From contig JAFRCD010000007.1 in the NCBI GenBank assembly GCA_017404555.1, positions 25,455 to 89,454 of the forward strand: a DNA stretch of 64,000 nucleotides. Direction: 5' to 3'. This DNA comes from Bacilli bacterium (GTDB lineage Bacteria; Bacillota_I; Bacilli_A; RF39; UBA660). Below are positions 1 to 9,912 of the stretch, piece after piece. Below the pieces are notes generated by a model. The model saw nothing but the letters and a program-made list of their open reading frames with translations. It was not told the origin of the DNA and made no database searches. How positions within the stretch are numbered: the first letter of the stretch is position 1; each line of letters begins with the position of its first letter. Position numbers and translations under genes: made by a program.

Positions 1-315
1 AATCGCAATCAATAAAGATGCTATAAAGGAAAGAGTTATTAACTCTTTCTTTTTATTAGAATCATTTTCTTTAAGATTGTTTAAATCATTAATTGAACTT
101 TTTAAAAAGTATATATAGACTATTACTAGTATAGAAAAAATAAATATTAGTATTTTGCGATACTTTTCTTTACTAATTTCATCATTATAAATATAATATC
201 TTCGTTCTAATGAATTAGAATACCAACTTAAAAAGATTATAATTAAATAGACTATCCAAATATAGTCTTCAATCGTTATTTGCTTTAATTTTTCTTCTAT
301 TTCGGTACTTCCCAT
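1..315 (-). CDS. Partial CDS for a hydrophobic (multi-TM) protein of unknown function; it runs off the window start (its C-terminus lies beyond coordinate 1)
   Basis: The reverse strand is open from the ATG at 313-315 to position 1 with no stop, more than 100 codons, which is unusual in such AT-rich DNA. It encodes three hydrophobic stretches (IWIVYLIIIFLSW, ILIFIFSILVIVYIYFL, LITLSFIASLLIAI). No clear SD precedes the ATG. It is missing from the ORF track because it has no in-window stop. Confidence 0.4.
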   Translation of the reverse strand, partial: MGSTEIEEKLKQITIEDYIWIVYLIIIFLSWYSNSLERRYYIYNDEISKEKYRKILIFIFSILVIVYIYFLKSSINDLNNLKENDSNKKKELITLSFIASLLIAI

Positions 316-419
316 AATAAATATTATGTCAAAAATAAAGACAAATGATTTTTTTGCGACAATAATTAAGAAACAATATGATATAATAAAAATAGTGAAG
401 CTTAAAAGGAGATGATGTT

Positions 420-725
420 ATGATACCTGTTACTAAAGATACTTTTGAAAAAGAAATCTTAAAAAGAAAAGGAAAGGTACTTGTTGATTTTAATGCTTCT
501 TGGTGTGGACCATGTAGAATGCTTCAACCAGTATTAGAAGAATTAGAAAAAGAAAATAAAAACTGTACTTTTGCTTCGATTAATGTTGATGACAATGAAG
601 AATTAAGTCAAGAATGTGGTGTTATGTCTATTCCTTGTTTAGTTTTATTTGAAGATGGTAAGGAAATAGATCGTAGTGTCGGCTTTAAGTCTTTAGAAGA
701 ATTAAAAGAAATGATAGGTGAATAA
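420..725 (+). CDS. trxA: Thioredoxin
   Basis: 101 aa with the WCGPC active-site motif and a thioredoxin fold pattern. SD AAAGGAG lies upstream of the ATG. Confidence 0.9.
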   Translation: MIPVTKDTFEKEILKRKGKVLVDFNASWCGPCRMLQPVLEELEKENKNCTFASINVDDNEELSQECGVMSIPCLVLFEDGKEIDRSVGFKSLEELKEMIGE

Positions 726-1647
726 TATGTATGATGTAATTATAATAGGTGCTGGACCAGCTGGCCTTACAGCCGCTCTTTATCTAGAAAGAGCTTTAAA
801 AGAAGTCCTTGTTTTAGAAGCTTCAAGTTATGGTGGTCAAATATTAACTACTGATAAAATAGACAATTATCCAGGACTTCCTGGTATTTCAGGTTTTGAC
901 TATTCAAATCTCTTGTATAATCAAGCTAAAGACATGGGAGCTGAATTTGCCTTTGAAAAAGCTATTGAGATAAAGGACAAAGGAAAAATCAAAGAAGTTA
1001 TAACTGAGAAGAATACTTATAAAGCTAAGGGCGTTATTATTGCTACTGGGGCTGATAATAGGAAACTAGGACTCGAAAATGAAGATAAGCTAGTTGGTAA
1101 AGGAGTTTCTTACTGTGCCACTTGCGATGGTGCTTTCTATAAGAAAAAGATTGTTGCTGTTAATGGTGGTGGTAACACCGCTTTAGAAGAAGCCCTTTAT
1201 CTATCAGATATAGCTGAAAAAGTATACTTAATATACCGTCGTGATGAATTTACTAAAGCTGAAAAGAAATTAGTAAAACAAATCGAAAAAAAAGAAAATA
1301 TCGAAGTAATATTCAACACTATTATTACAAAATTAAATGAAAAAGGCGGTAAACTAGCAAGTATTAACATTGAAACGAAAGATGAAGAACCTAAAACAAT
1401 TGATATAAACGGATTATTTATTGCCGTTGGTAGAGTACCAGAAAGCGAAAACTTTGCTAAACTGGTTAATACTGATGAAGCTGGTTATATTGAAGCAGCT
1501 GAAGATTGTTCTACTAATGTAGAAGGTATCTTTGTTGCTGGTGATAACAGAGTAAAAGAAGTACGACAACTTACCACAGCTACAGCTGATGGTACAGTAG
1601 CTGCAACTAATATAATAAAATATTTAAATGATAAGGGAGGTAAATAA
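718..1647 (+). CDS. trxB: Thioredoxin-disulfide reductase
   Basis: 309 aa with N-terminal FAD motif GAGPAG, redox-active CATC (SYCATCDGAF) and NADPH motif GGGNTA. It overlaps the trxA stop by 8 nt, suggesting a trxA-trxB operon. Confidence 0.9.
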   Translation: MNNMYDVIIIGAGPAGLTAALYLERALKEVLVLEASSYGGQILTTDKIDNYPGLPGISGFDYSNLLYNQAKDMGAEFAFEKAIEIKDKGKIKEVITEKNTYKAKGVIIATGADNRKLGLENEDKLVGKGVSYCATCDGAFYKKKIVAVNGGGNTALEEALYLSDIAEKVYLIYRRDEFTKAEKKLVKQIEKKENIEVIFNTIITKLNEKGGKLASINIETKDEEPKTIDINGLFIAVGRVPESENFAKLVNTDEAGYIEAAEDCSTNVEGIFVAGDNRVKEVRQLTTATADGTVAATNIIKYLNDKGGK

Positions 1648-1648
1648 A

Positions 1649-2407
1649 ATGTTTGATTTAAAAGGAAATGTTGCTGTAATAAGTGGAGCGTCTTCTGGAT
1701 TAGGAAAGCAAATGACTTTAGCTTTTGCTAAACAAGGTGCTGATCTAGCTATTCTATCTAGAAGAATTAATGAATTAGAAAAAATAAGAGAGGAATTAAA
1801 AGACTACGACGTTAAAGTACTACCTATTAGATGTGATGTTACTAGTACGGCTGAAGTAAATGCTGCTGCTGAAAAAGTAGAAGAAGTATTTGGTAAAGTA
1901 GATATTCTAATAAACTGTGCTGGAGCTGCTAAAAACGCTGGTGCTTTAGATATGACTGATGATGAATGGAAGTTTACTATTGCTACTGATTTATCTAGTA
2001 TCTTTAAAATGACTAGAGCTTTTGGTAATATTATGAAAAAGAAGAAATATGGAAGAGTAATTAATATATCTTCTATGTATGGTCTTGTTGGTAATACTAA
2101 AATACCTACAATTGCTTATCACTCAGCTAAAGGTGGCGTTATTAATTATACTAGAGCTGCTGCCGCTGAACTTGCTAAATATAATATTACTGTAAATACT
2201 ATTGCTCCTGGTTATTTCTATACTGAACTAACTAAAGAAACTTTAAAAACGAAAGATTTCCAAGACTTTGCTAAAGAACATGTTCCAATGGGTAGATATG
2301 GTGAAGAAGGAGAACTTAATGCCGGAGCTATCTTCTTAGCTAGCAAAGAAGCTAGTTATGTAACTGGTATTGTTTTACCAATAGATGGAGGTTATACAGC
2401 AGTTTAA
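1649..2407 (+). CDS. Short-chain dehydrogenase/reductase (SDR) family oxidoreductase, 3-oxoacyl-ACP reductase-like
   Basis: Rossmann motif ISGASSGLG and catalytic SxnYxxxK (SMYGLVGNTKIPTIAYHSAKGG). The probable start is the ATG at 1649 (MFDLKG), preceded by SD AAGGGAGG. The longer ORF call from 1628 lacks an SD. Confidence 0.8.
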   Translation: MFDLKGNVAVISGASSGLGKQMTLAFAKQGADLAILSRRINELEKIREELKDYDVKVLPIRCDVTSTAEVNAAAEKVEEVFGKVDILINCAGAAKNAGALDMTDDEWKFTIATDLSSIFKMTRAFGNIMKKKKYGRVINISSMYGLVGNTKIPTIAYHSAKGGVINYTRAAAAELAKYNITVNTIAPGYFYTELTKETLKTKDFQDFAKEHVPMGRYGEEGELNAGAIFLASKEASYVTGIVLPIDGGYTAV

Positions 2408-2408
2408 T

Positions 2409-2771
2409 ATGAAAAATAGAGTTTTGTTCATTGTTTTAGGCATATGCATACTTGTCTTGTTTACAGCCCTAACAATATTTACATTCACACAAAACGCTAA
2501 GAAAAGTAAATGGGATATAGTAGATGCCAGAATTGTAGGTACTAAAACAGAAATAGATTCATATACTACTAATAGCTATGTTGATTATAAACTAGAATTT
2601 ATATATCACAATAAGGCTAATCATACAACCGCTAAATGTAGTTACTCTGCTTCTAAATGCCATAGTCTTGTTGGTAAATATATAAAGGTGCGCGTAGAAC
2701 CTAAACTTAATGCCTTTAATGAATATGGCAATGTAGAAATAGAATCAGAAAAACCATTTGATAAAAATTGA
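2409..2771 (+). CDS. Small membrane-anchored protein of unknown function
   Basis: About 120 aa from MKNRVLF with one N-terminal TM helix (VLFIVLGICILVLFTALTIFTF). It is followed immediately by an intrinsic terminator. Confidence 0.45.
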   Translation: MKNRVLFIVLGICILVLFTALTIFTFTQNAKKSKWDIVDARIVGTKTEIDSYTTNSYVDYKLEFIYHNKANHTTAKCSYSASKCHSLVGKYIKVRVEPKLNAFNEYGNVEIESEKPFDKN

Positions 2772-2791
2772 TGACGCTGTCATCTTTTTTT
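2770..2791 (+). terminator. Rho-independent terminator after the small membrane-protein gene
   Basis: Perfect hairpin gatgac-gct-gtcatc at 2770-2784 followed by a TTTTTTT run. It overlaps the TGA stop at 2769-2771. Confidence 0.6.
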
Positions 2792-2816
2792 GTTATAATC
2801 GATACAGGTGATTATT

Positions 2817-3365
2817 ATGAATAATATTCCTAAAAAACTATTAGGTGGAAAAAGAAAAGATTATTTAAGTTGGGATGAGGCATTTATGTTAAGCGCCGTA
2901 GTTTCATCAGGTAGAAGTAAAGATCCTTCTAGTCAAGTGGGAGCTTGTATTGTTGGTAAAGACCACCGCATTCTTTCCCTTGGCTATAATGGAGCGCCAA
3001 ATAACTGGGATGATAAAGATTTTCCTTGGGAAAGATCAGCCAACGATCACAACCACACTAAATATCCTTATGTTATTCACGGGGAAATGAATGCTTTATT
3101 AAATTATAAGGGCGATAGTAAAGATTTAATGGGGGCTACTGCCTATGTAACCTTATTTCCTTGTAGTAATTGTGCCAAATTCTTAGCTCAAGCTGGTATT
3201 AAAAGAATTGTTTATTTATCAGATAAATATAAAGATACCGATGATAATATAGCCGCTAAAATATGTCTAGATAACTGCCAAGTTACTTATGAGGAATTCC
3301 CTAAGGAGTTGCAAAGAGATATAATCGTCTCTCTTCTCCCAGATAAAGGAATTAATGATAAATAA
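2817..3365 (+). CDS. comEB: dCMP deaminase (ComEB-like cytidine/deoxycytidylate deaminase family)
   Basis: Zinc-binding motifs H(G)EMNAL and PCxxC (LFPCSNCAKF) of the CDA/dCMP deaminase fold. SD AGGTGA lies 6 nt before the ATG at 2817; the track calls a GTG at 2808. Confidence 0.75.
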   Translation: MNNIPKKLLGGKRKDYLSWDEAFMLSAVVSSGRSKDPSSQVGACIVGKDHRILSLGYNGAPNNWDDKDFPWERSANDHNHTKYPYVIHGEMNALLNYKGDSKDLMGATAYVTLFPCSNCAKFLAQAGIKRIVYLSDKYKDTDDNIAAKICLDNCQVTYEEFPKELQRDIIVSLLPDKGINDK

Positions 3366-3393
3366 AAATTACAGAATTATCTGTAATTTTTTG
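3361..3393. terminator. Bidirectional intrinsic terminator between convergent comEB and smpB
   Basis: Hairpin attacag-aattat-ctgtaat at 3368-3387 with T/A runs on both sides. It overlaps the stops of both convergent genes. Confidence 0.5.
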
Positions 3394-3817
3394 TTCTCTT
3401 TTCAATATCACGTTGGATATCTCTTTGCTTAATTGTTTCTCTTTTATCATAGTTCTTTTTACCCTTACAAACACATAATTCTACTTTCAGAATATTGTTT
3501 TTAAAATATAGTTTATAGGGCACTATTGTCAAACCCTCTTTAGAAATAGCTTCATCTATTTTTTTTATTTCCTTCTTATGTAGCAATAGTTTTCTACTCC
3601 GAGTTTCATCATGATTAAAGATGTTACCCTCTTTATATTCACCAATATACATATTTATCAAATATACTTCATTGTTTTTAACTCTACCATAACAGTCTTT
3701 AATGTTAACAGAACCTGCCCGTACAGCCTTTATTTCCGTACCTGTAAGAGCTATACCTGCTTCATATGTATCAATGATAAAGTAATCATGTTTAACTCTT
3801 CTATTAACTATTTCCAT
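3377..3817 (-). CDS. smpB: SsrA-binding protein SmpB
   Basis: 146 aa with strong similarity to SmpB (…HDYFIIDTYEAGIALTGTEIKA…LLLHKKEI…). No tmRNA gene is adjacent. Confidence 0.9.
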   Translation of the reverse strand: MEIVNRRVKHDYFIIDTYEAGIALTGTEIKAVRAGSVNIKDCYGRVKNNEVYLINMYIGEYKEGNIFNHDETRSRKLLLHKKEIKKIDEAISKEGLTIVPYKLYFKNNILKVELCVCKGKKNYDKRETIKQRDIQRDIEKRTKNYR

Positions 3818-3821
3818 ATCA

Positions 3822-4988
3822 TCACTCTTTTCTTAAACTACCAAAAGTTATATCTTGATTGCGGCTTAAAACTACTCCTTTATAGGTATTATAGTACTCC
3901 ATATAATTAGGTAATATTTCATTAGTTAATTCACTATAAGGATATACCCTAAAGTTCTTAGCATTATTATGTTTAGTATAAAGTAGATCAGCTCTTAAAT
4001 TATCTACTTTAATGCTTTTTTCTTCACCCTTCTCCTTCACTGTTATATCAAAGGCAAACATAAGTCCAGTTAATCGTTCAGTACCTAATTGATCAGAGAT
4101 AAAATTACCAAGAGAATAGATTACTAGTGTATCTCCTACATATTCAACTGGTTCTACTACATGGGGATGAGCTCCTATAATAACATTAACTCCTAAATCA
4201 GACAAGTATTTAGCTATTTTCTCTTGGTCAGCAGAAACATCTAAGGAGTATTCTGTTCCCCAATGCATAGCGACAATGATAATATCAACTTCATCTCTTA
4301 CTTTTTCAATATCTGCCTTAGCTTTTTCCTCACTATAGACATTATTTAAGTACTCTTTGCCTACTGGTGTCTCTAAACCATTAGTCCAAGTTGTATAAGA
4401 GAAGAAAGCATATTTTATCCCGTTTTTCTTATATACTCTGGTCTTTTCTCTTTCTTCTGCTGAAGTTCTCTGTCCGTCCCAAACAACTTTCTTTTGTTTG
4501 GACCAATATTCAACTGATTTAGTTACTCCAGTTTCTCCTTTATCCATTGTATGATTAGTAGCCAGTGATACTAAATTAAATTTAGCATCCATAAAAGCAT
4601 CCCCTACTTCTTGTGGTGAATTAAACATTGGATAATTAGATAAGCCTAATTCAGTTCCCCCTAAAATAGTCTCTTGATTATAATATCTTAAATCATAATC
4701 TTTAACGATTGGTTTAATATATTGTAACATTGGTTTAAAGTCATAAGATCCATCACTTTGTTTAGCATCCATATAGACAGTACTATGAATAAGAGCATCA
4801 CCAACCGCTATTACTGATAATTTTTTCTCTTTTTCTTCTATCTTAACTTCTTTTTTTTGCTTTTTAGGTTCACTTTTTTTATTAAAAGACGGCCAAACAC
4901 TAATAGTTATTCCTGCAACAATTAAGATAATAGCTAGCAAAAATAATCTCTTTACTTTTCGTTTTAGCCTCTTCTTCTTCCTTCTCAT
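3822..4988 (-). CDS. CapA/PgsA-family metallophosphoesterase (poly-gamma-glutamate synthesis-like), membrane-anchored
   Basis: N-terminal TM, then metallophosphatase motifs (VIAVGDALIH, GAHPHV, AMHWGTEYS) typical of the CapA family. Confidence 0.7.
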   Translation of the reverse strand: MRRKKKRLKRKVKRLFLLAIILIVAGITISVWPSFNKKSEPKKQKKEVKIEEKEKKLSVIAVGDALIHSTVYMDAKQSDGSYDFKPMLQYIKPIVKDYDLRYYNQETILGGTELGLSNYPMFNSPQEVGDAFMDAKFNLVSLATNHTMDKGETGVTKSVEYWSKQKKVVWDGQRTSAEEREKTRVYKKNGIKYAFFSYTTWTNGLETPVGKEYLNNVYSEEKAKADIEKVRDEVDIIIVAMHWGTEYSLDVSADQEKIAKYLSDLGVNVIIGAHPHVVEPVEYVGDTLVIYSLGNFISDQLGTERLTGLMFAFDITVKEKGEEKSIKVDNLRADLLYTKHNNAKNFRVYPYSELTNEILPNYMEYYNTYKGVVLSRNQDITFGSLRKE

Positions 4989-4989
4989 T

Positions 4990-7095
4990 CTATACCTTCT
5001 TTACTACTTCAAAATCAATTTGTTTTTCTTCTTTAGAAGCACGTACTACTTTAACAATGACTCTATCACCCAATCGATATACATTATGCTTCTTCTCTCC
5101 GGTTAAAGTTAAATTATCCTCATCATAATGATAAAAATCATCCATATCTTTAATTGGTACTAATCCTTCAATTAAATTATCTAATTCTACAAACATACCA
5201 AAATTCATTACTGAAGAAATCATTCCTTCGAATTCTTCACCAATATGCGATTCCATATATTCAGCATGCTTCATATCTTCAACTTCACGCTCACAGTTAA
5301 CAGAAGCAAGTTCCTTAGCTGAAGAATGATCTGCTACAAAGATTAATTTTTCTTCCCAATACTTAACTGTTTCTTTATCAATCTTGTGGTTAAATAAATA
5401 AGTTCTTAAAAGACGATGAACAGTTGTATCAGGATATCTTCTAATTGGCGAAGTAAAATGAGTATAGCATTTACTAGCCAATCCATAATGACCTAAGTTT
5501 TCTGGTTTATAAATAGCTTTCTGCATACTTCTAAGCAATAAAGAAGATAATATCTTAAACTCTTTTTTATCTTTTAAAAAGTTAATTAATTTTTGAATAG
5601 TCTTTGGTGACATATCCTTAAGATCACCAGTATACGTATAACCCAAAGAACTGATGAAAGATAAGAAAGATCTAATCTTCTCTTCTTTTGGATATTCATG
5701 GACACGATAAATAAAAGGTAGTTCCATATTATAAATATGAGTAGCTACTGTCTCGTTAGCCGCAATCATAAAGTCTTCAATTAATCTTTCGCCGGCACCG
5801 CGTTCCCTTAATGTTACTTCTGTTGGTACACAGTTTTCATCAACTAATATTTTAGTCTCATCAACATCAAAATCTATATATCCGCGTTCAATCTTTTCTT
5901 TACGAAGAATATCCGCAAGTTCTTTCATCAATCTTAAGTCATCAGCAAAATCTTCATAGCCTTCTGGTACAGTATTTTCTTCTAAAATCTTATTAACATT
6001 TTTATAAGTCATTTGCTTTCTTGATTTAATAACACTAGGGAAAATATCGTATTTAACAATCTTTCCTTTAGGATCTATTTCCATTACACAAGAAATAGCA
6101 AGACGATCAACATCTGGATTTAAGGAACAAATACCATTAGAAAGTTCATGGGGTAACATTGGTATGACACGATCCACTAGATAAACACTAGTACCACGTT
6201 CCATAGCATCATCATCAAGAGGTGATCCTTCTTTAACATAATAAGATACATCGGCAATATGAACTCCTAATTCATAATTACCACTTTCAAACTTCTTAAT
6301 ACTAATAGCATCATCAATATCTTTAGTATCGTCACCATCAATAGTAAATATTACTTGATCACGAAGGTCTTTTCGACCTTCTAATTCCTCACTTCTTACT
6401 TCACTAGGAATAGTCTTTACTTCTTCAACAACTTCATCAGGAAATTCAACTTCAATATCATATTTATGAATAATAGATAAAATATCTACTCCTGGATCAT
6501 TTTTATGACCAATTATTTCAGTAACTTTTCCATAATAACCACCATGATTATCTTTCTTATCTAAAAGTTCAACTACTACTTTATGACCATCAACAGCATT
6601 TAAACTATCTTCTTTTTTTACTTCAATGTTTAACTTTATTTTAGAATCGTCTAGTGTAATATATCCAATATCATCTTTAAAATTTATTTCCCCAATATAG
6701 TTTTCAGCATCACGTTCTAAAATTCTTAAAATTCTACCTTCTACTCTTGGAGTATTCATTTTACTAGTTATTTCTACTAATACAGTATCATGATGAATGG
6801 AACCATTTAAATTGGTTCTAGAAACAAAGATATCCTCATCCATACCTTCAACGTCCACAAAACCGTACCCATTTTTATTAACCCTCAACAAACCTTTTCT
6901 TAAAGGTGAATTATCAAGTAACATATATTTATCCTTATTAGTATGATAAATAGTATACTCCTCTTCTAAATCCTTTAAGGCTTCATTAAGCTCTTTTGTC
7001 TTTTCCACATCATTAATACCTAAAGCATCACTAATCTCATAAACAGATAGAGCCTTAGTATTTTCTTTTAATACTTTAATTATGTCATCCTTCAT
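4990..7095 (-). CDS. rnr: Ribonuclease R (RNB-family 3'-5' exoribonuclease)
   Basis: N-terminal HTH/cold-shock region, RNB catalytic domain and C-terminal S1 domain. The likely start is MKDDIIKVL (ATG ~7095); the longer ORF call to 7173 overlaps secG. Confidence 0.85.
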   Translation of the reverse strand: MKDDIIKVLKENTKALSVYEISDALGINDVEKTKELNEALKDLEEEYTIYHTNKDKYMLLDNSPLRKGLLRVNKNGYGFVDVEGMDEDIFVSRTNLNGSIHHDTVLVEITSKMNTPRVEGRILRILERDAENYIGEINFKDDIGYITLDDSKIKLNIEVKKEDSLNAVDGHKVVVELLDKKDNHGGYYGKVTEIIGHKNDPGVDILSIIHKYDIEVEFPDEVVEEVKTIPSEVRSEELEGRKDLRDQVIFTIDGDDTKDIDDAISIKKFESGNYELGVHIADVSYYVKEGSPLDDDAMERGTSVYLVDRVIPMLPHELSNGICSLNPDVDRLAISCVMEIDPKGKIVKYDIFPSVIKSRKQMTYKNVNKILEENTVPEGYEDFADDLRLMKELADILRKEKIERGYIDFDVDETKILVDENCVPTEVTLRERGAGERLIEDFMIAANETVATHIYNMELPFIYRVHEYPKEEKIRSFLSFISSLGYTYTGDLKDMSPKTIQKLINFLKDKKEFKILSSLLLRSMQKAIYKPENLGHYGLASKCYTHFTSPIRRYPDTTVHRLLRTYLFNHKIDKETVKYWEEKLIFVADHSSAKELASVNCEREVEDMKHAEYMESHIGEEFEGMISSVMNFGMFVELDNLIEGLVPIKDMDDFYHYDEDNLTLTGEKKHNVYRLGDRVIVKVVRASKEEKQIDFEVVKKV

Positions 7096-7148
7096 TTTAC
7101 CACCTATTCTTATTATAAAATAAAAAAGACTTTTTATAAAGTCTTTTA

Positions 7149-7364
7149 TTATACAAACATTGAAACTAAACAAATCACAAAGAAGGCCATACCTAGTAAA
7201 AAGGTTACTCTAGTAATAACAAGTTCTGAACCTCTCTCTTTTCTGTTTTTAAATAAATCACTACCACCACCAGAAAAGATATGAGCAGCATCTTCTGCCT
7301 TAGAACTTTGTAATAAAACGATTATTATCAATAATATTGATATAACTAATAGTACTGTTTCCAT
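7149..7364 (-). CDS. secG: Preprotein translocase subunit SecG
   Basis: 71 aa, two TM helices separated by a glycine-rich loop (FSGGGSDLF). It sits in the conserved position upstream of rnr. Confidence 0.75.
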   Translation of the reverse strand: METVLLVISILLIIIVLLQSSKAEDAAHIFSGGGSDLFKNRKERGSELVITRVTFLLGMAFFVICLVSMFV

Positions 7365-7395
7365 AAGAGCACCTCCGTTTCAATTAAATATATTA

Positions 7396-8550
7396 TCACA
7401 CTTTAGCTTTATTATCAAGGTTTTGTTTTTCTTTCCCTGTACCCCAATATTCTTTAAATTCAATATCCTTTTCAAAAAGAATTTGATCAAATCGATCCTT
7501 AAATTTTAATCTTACCGCATCATTACGCAAATTATCTGTCCTGCTTAAATAGCGAGGATCCCCAGTATATAAGAACAATTGAATTTGACTTTTGGCTTTA
7601 TCCATATCTCCCGTTCTTCTACACATAACATCAAGACTATGCCTCATAAAGCGTTCAAAATCTTCTTCTGTTTCTAATCCTACTGGCTTTGGTTTATGAA
7701 GTTGTTTACTGTTTTCATAATGACTTAGATAATCTTGATAAGTAAATTCTGGATCTGATGTCTTAATAATCAAATGAGAAATTAATTTAATGTCATCTAA
7801 ACTTCTAGCTCTATATTCATCACTAAAATCAACCTTAAGTTTATCTTCATTCATCTTAACAAGATTTTCATTATAATAATTACCAATAAATCTATAAAAA
7901 TCAACAAGATTAGCATCCGCTAAAGATCCATCTTTAGTCTTCTCTTTAAAATAGAGTTCAACATAGTTAGAGAAAACCCCATTATATGATTCCTTACCAT
8001 CACTAGCATAAGCAATATTATTATGAGTAAACGCAAAAGGATTAGGCTCAATTAAGCCTTCCATAATATAGGAGTTATTATTAACAAAATTATTCAGTTT
8101 TTCGGCATCCTCTGGATTACCAACACGTACAACTATATCATCAAACCTTATTTTTTTAGCCACTTTTGATACATGAGCAATATTATTTTCCCCTAAGAAA
8201 GTGAAAATTTCTTTAGCTCCCTTTTCTAAGTGTTCTTCATCAAGAGGAATATACATCTTTATTTGTTCCCCTTTATTTATAACTTGCTGATAATTATTTT
8301 CAAGACGAAAGAAGTACTTATTACTACTATCGAAGAAGGCGTTAACATTCTTTTTGGTTAAAAAGTAATCATAGAATTCGCTAAACATATAACTAACATC
8401 TTTTGTTTGATCTTCAGGAGAAACTCCTTGTCTTATTAATTCACCATAGATAATATCACTAAAATTCTCTTGATTAACCACCCCAGGGTAAGTACTAATG
8501 AGATCTCTTACTCGTTTTAAAAATTGATCGGCTCTCTTAATATTATTCAT
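7396..8550 (-). CDS. Hypothetical protein (~384 aa), soluble, no recognisable family
   Basis: Long ORF with no motif I can assign. The likely start is the ATG at 8548-8550 (MNNIKR) with GGTGA SD, rather than the GTG called at 8559. Its start overlaps the stop of an upstream acidic micro-ORF in an ATGAATAA arrangement. Confidence 0.5.
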   Translation of the reverse strand: MNNIKRADQFLKRVRDLISTYPGVVNQENFSDIIYGELIRQGVSPEDQTKDVSYMFSEFYDYFLTKKNVNAFFDSSNKYFFRLENNYQQVINKGEQIKMYIPLDEEHLEKGAKEIFTFLGENNIAHVSKVAKKIRFDDIVVRVGNPEDAEKLNNFVNNNSYIMEGLIEPNPFAFTHNNIAYASDGKESYNGVFSNYVELYFKEKTKDGSLADANLVDFYRFIGNYYNENLVKMNEDKLKVDFSDEYRARSLDDIKLISHLIIKTSDPEFTYQDYLSHYENSKQLHKPKPVGLETEEDFERFMRHSLDVMCRRTGDMDKAKSQIQLFLYTGDPRYLSRTDNLRNDAVRLKFKDRFDQILFEKDIEFKEYWGTGKEKQNLDNKAKV

Positions 8551-8691
8551 CTTCTTCACCCATAATCTTCTTAAGCTCTTCTAAATTAAATTCTTTAGTC
8601 TCTTCTAAATCATCGCTTTCATCTAAATAATCAAACTCACGAGCACCTTCTTCTAATTTGTAATCCAATATATTTTCTTCCACAGTATCAC

Positions 8692-9912
8692 CTACTTATT
8701 AAGAATTTCTTCAATTCTTATTAATCTATTATACTTACAGATACGATCCGTTCTAGACATAGAACCAGTTTTTATCTGCCCTAGCGAAAGACCAACTGCT
8801 AAATCAGCAATAGTTGTATCCTCGGTTTCTCCACTACGATGAGAAATAATGGTCCTATAGCCGTTCCCTTTAGCTAATTCAATTGTATCAATCGTTTCAG
8901 TTATTGTACCAATTTGATTAACCTTAATTAAAATAGCATTTCCGGCAGAAAGATCAATACCCTTTTGTAAGTACTTAGTATTAGTTACAAAAAGGTCATC
9001 ACCAACCAATTGAACTCTATCCCCTATTTTATCAGTAATAGCCTTAAATCCTTCCCAATCCTCTTCATCAACTGGATCTTCAATTGAAATAATTGGGTAT
9101 TTATCAACTAAATCCACATAGTAATCAATTAATTCAGTTGTCGTTAACTGTTTACCGCCAAAAGAATAAGTACCATTATCATAGAACTCAGAAGCAGCAA
9201 CATCAATTCCTAAATTAACATCAGTACCAGGAGTATATCCAGCACTTTTAATAGCCTCTATAATTAAATCAAAAGCTTCTTCATTACTTTTAAGTGAAGG
9301 TGCAAAACCACCTTCATCGCCTACACCTGTAGCATAACCTTTGTCATTAAGAACTTTCTTAAGGGCATGGAAAACTTCACTACCAACTCTAATAGTCTCT
9401 TTAATAGTATTCTTTTCTGGAATAATCATAAATTCTTGAATATCTAGATTATTATCTGCATGAGCTCCACCATTCAAAATATTCATCATTGGTCTTGGCA
9501 TAGTTCTACCTTCACCAATAAATTCAAATAGTTCTTTTCCTTCAGAAATAGCACAAGCTTTCATAAAAGCCATACTAACACCAAGTAAAGCATTAGCACC
9601 CAAATTACTTTTATCATCTGTACCATCTAATTCTAAGATTTTAAGATCTAAATCCCTTTGATTATGAATATCTACTCCACATAAAGCATTACAAAGAATC
9701 GTATTAACGTTATTAACCGCTTTTAAAACACCTTTACCGTTATAGCGTTCATCATTATCCCGCAATTCCAAAGCTTCCCTACTACCAGTAGAAGCCCCTG
9801 ATGGAACAGCTGCTCTACCTAAAGATCCATCTTCCAAAATCACATCTACTTCAACTGTTGGATTCCCTCTAGAATCTAATATTTCTCTACCCTTAATATC
9901 TCTAATTTTCAT
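8692..9912 (-). CDS. eno: Enolase (phosphopyruvate hydratase)
   Basis: N-terminal [13 protein letters not shown] signature and an enolase catalytic region. Confidence 0.95.
   Translation of the reverse strand: MKIRDIKGREILDSRGNPTVEVDVILEDGSLGRAAVPSGASTGSREALELRDNDERYNGKGVLKAVNNVNTILCNALCGVDIHNQRDLDLKILELDGTDDKSNLGANALLGVSMAFMKACAISEGKELFEFIGEGRTMPRPMMNILNGGAHADNNLDIQEFMIIPEKNTIKETIRVGSEVFHALKKVLNDKGYATGVGDEGGFAPSLKSNEEAFDLIIEAIKSAGYTPGTDVNLGIDVAASEFYDNGTYSFGGKQLTTTELIDYYVDLVDKYPIISIEDPVDEEDWEGFKAITDKIGDRVQLVGDDLFVTNTKYLQKGIDLSAGNAILIKVNQIGTITETIDTIELAKGNGYRTIISHRSGETEDTTIADLAVGLSLGQIKTGSMSRTDRICKYNRLIRIEEILNK

Noticed and set aside
30-58. Perfect 9-bp inverted repeat gaaagagtt-att-aactctttc followed by a T-run near the window start (a possible plus-strand terminator)
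   Set aside because: It lies inside the continuous minus-strand open frame 1-315, where it would encode KKELITLSF. It cannot be both a terminator and coding sequence, and I favour the long ORF. It could still terminate a plus-strand gene ending at the TAA at 13-15 if the minus-strand ORF is spurious.
3611-3910. Plus-strand ORF 3611-3910 spanning the smpB/capA junction
   Set aside because: Antisense to two well-supported genes, a low-complexity translation, no SD.
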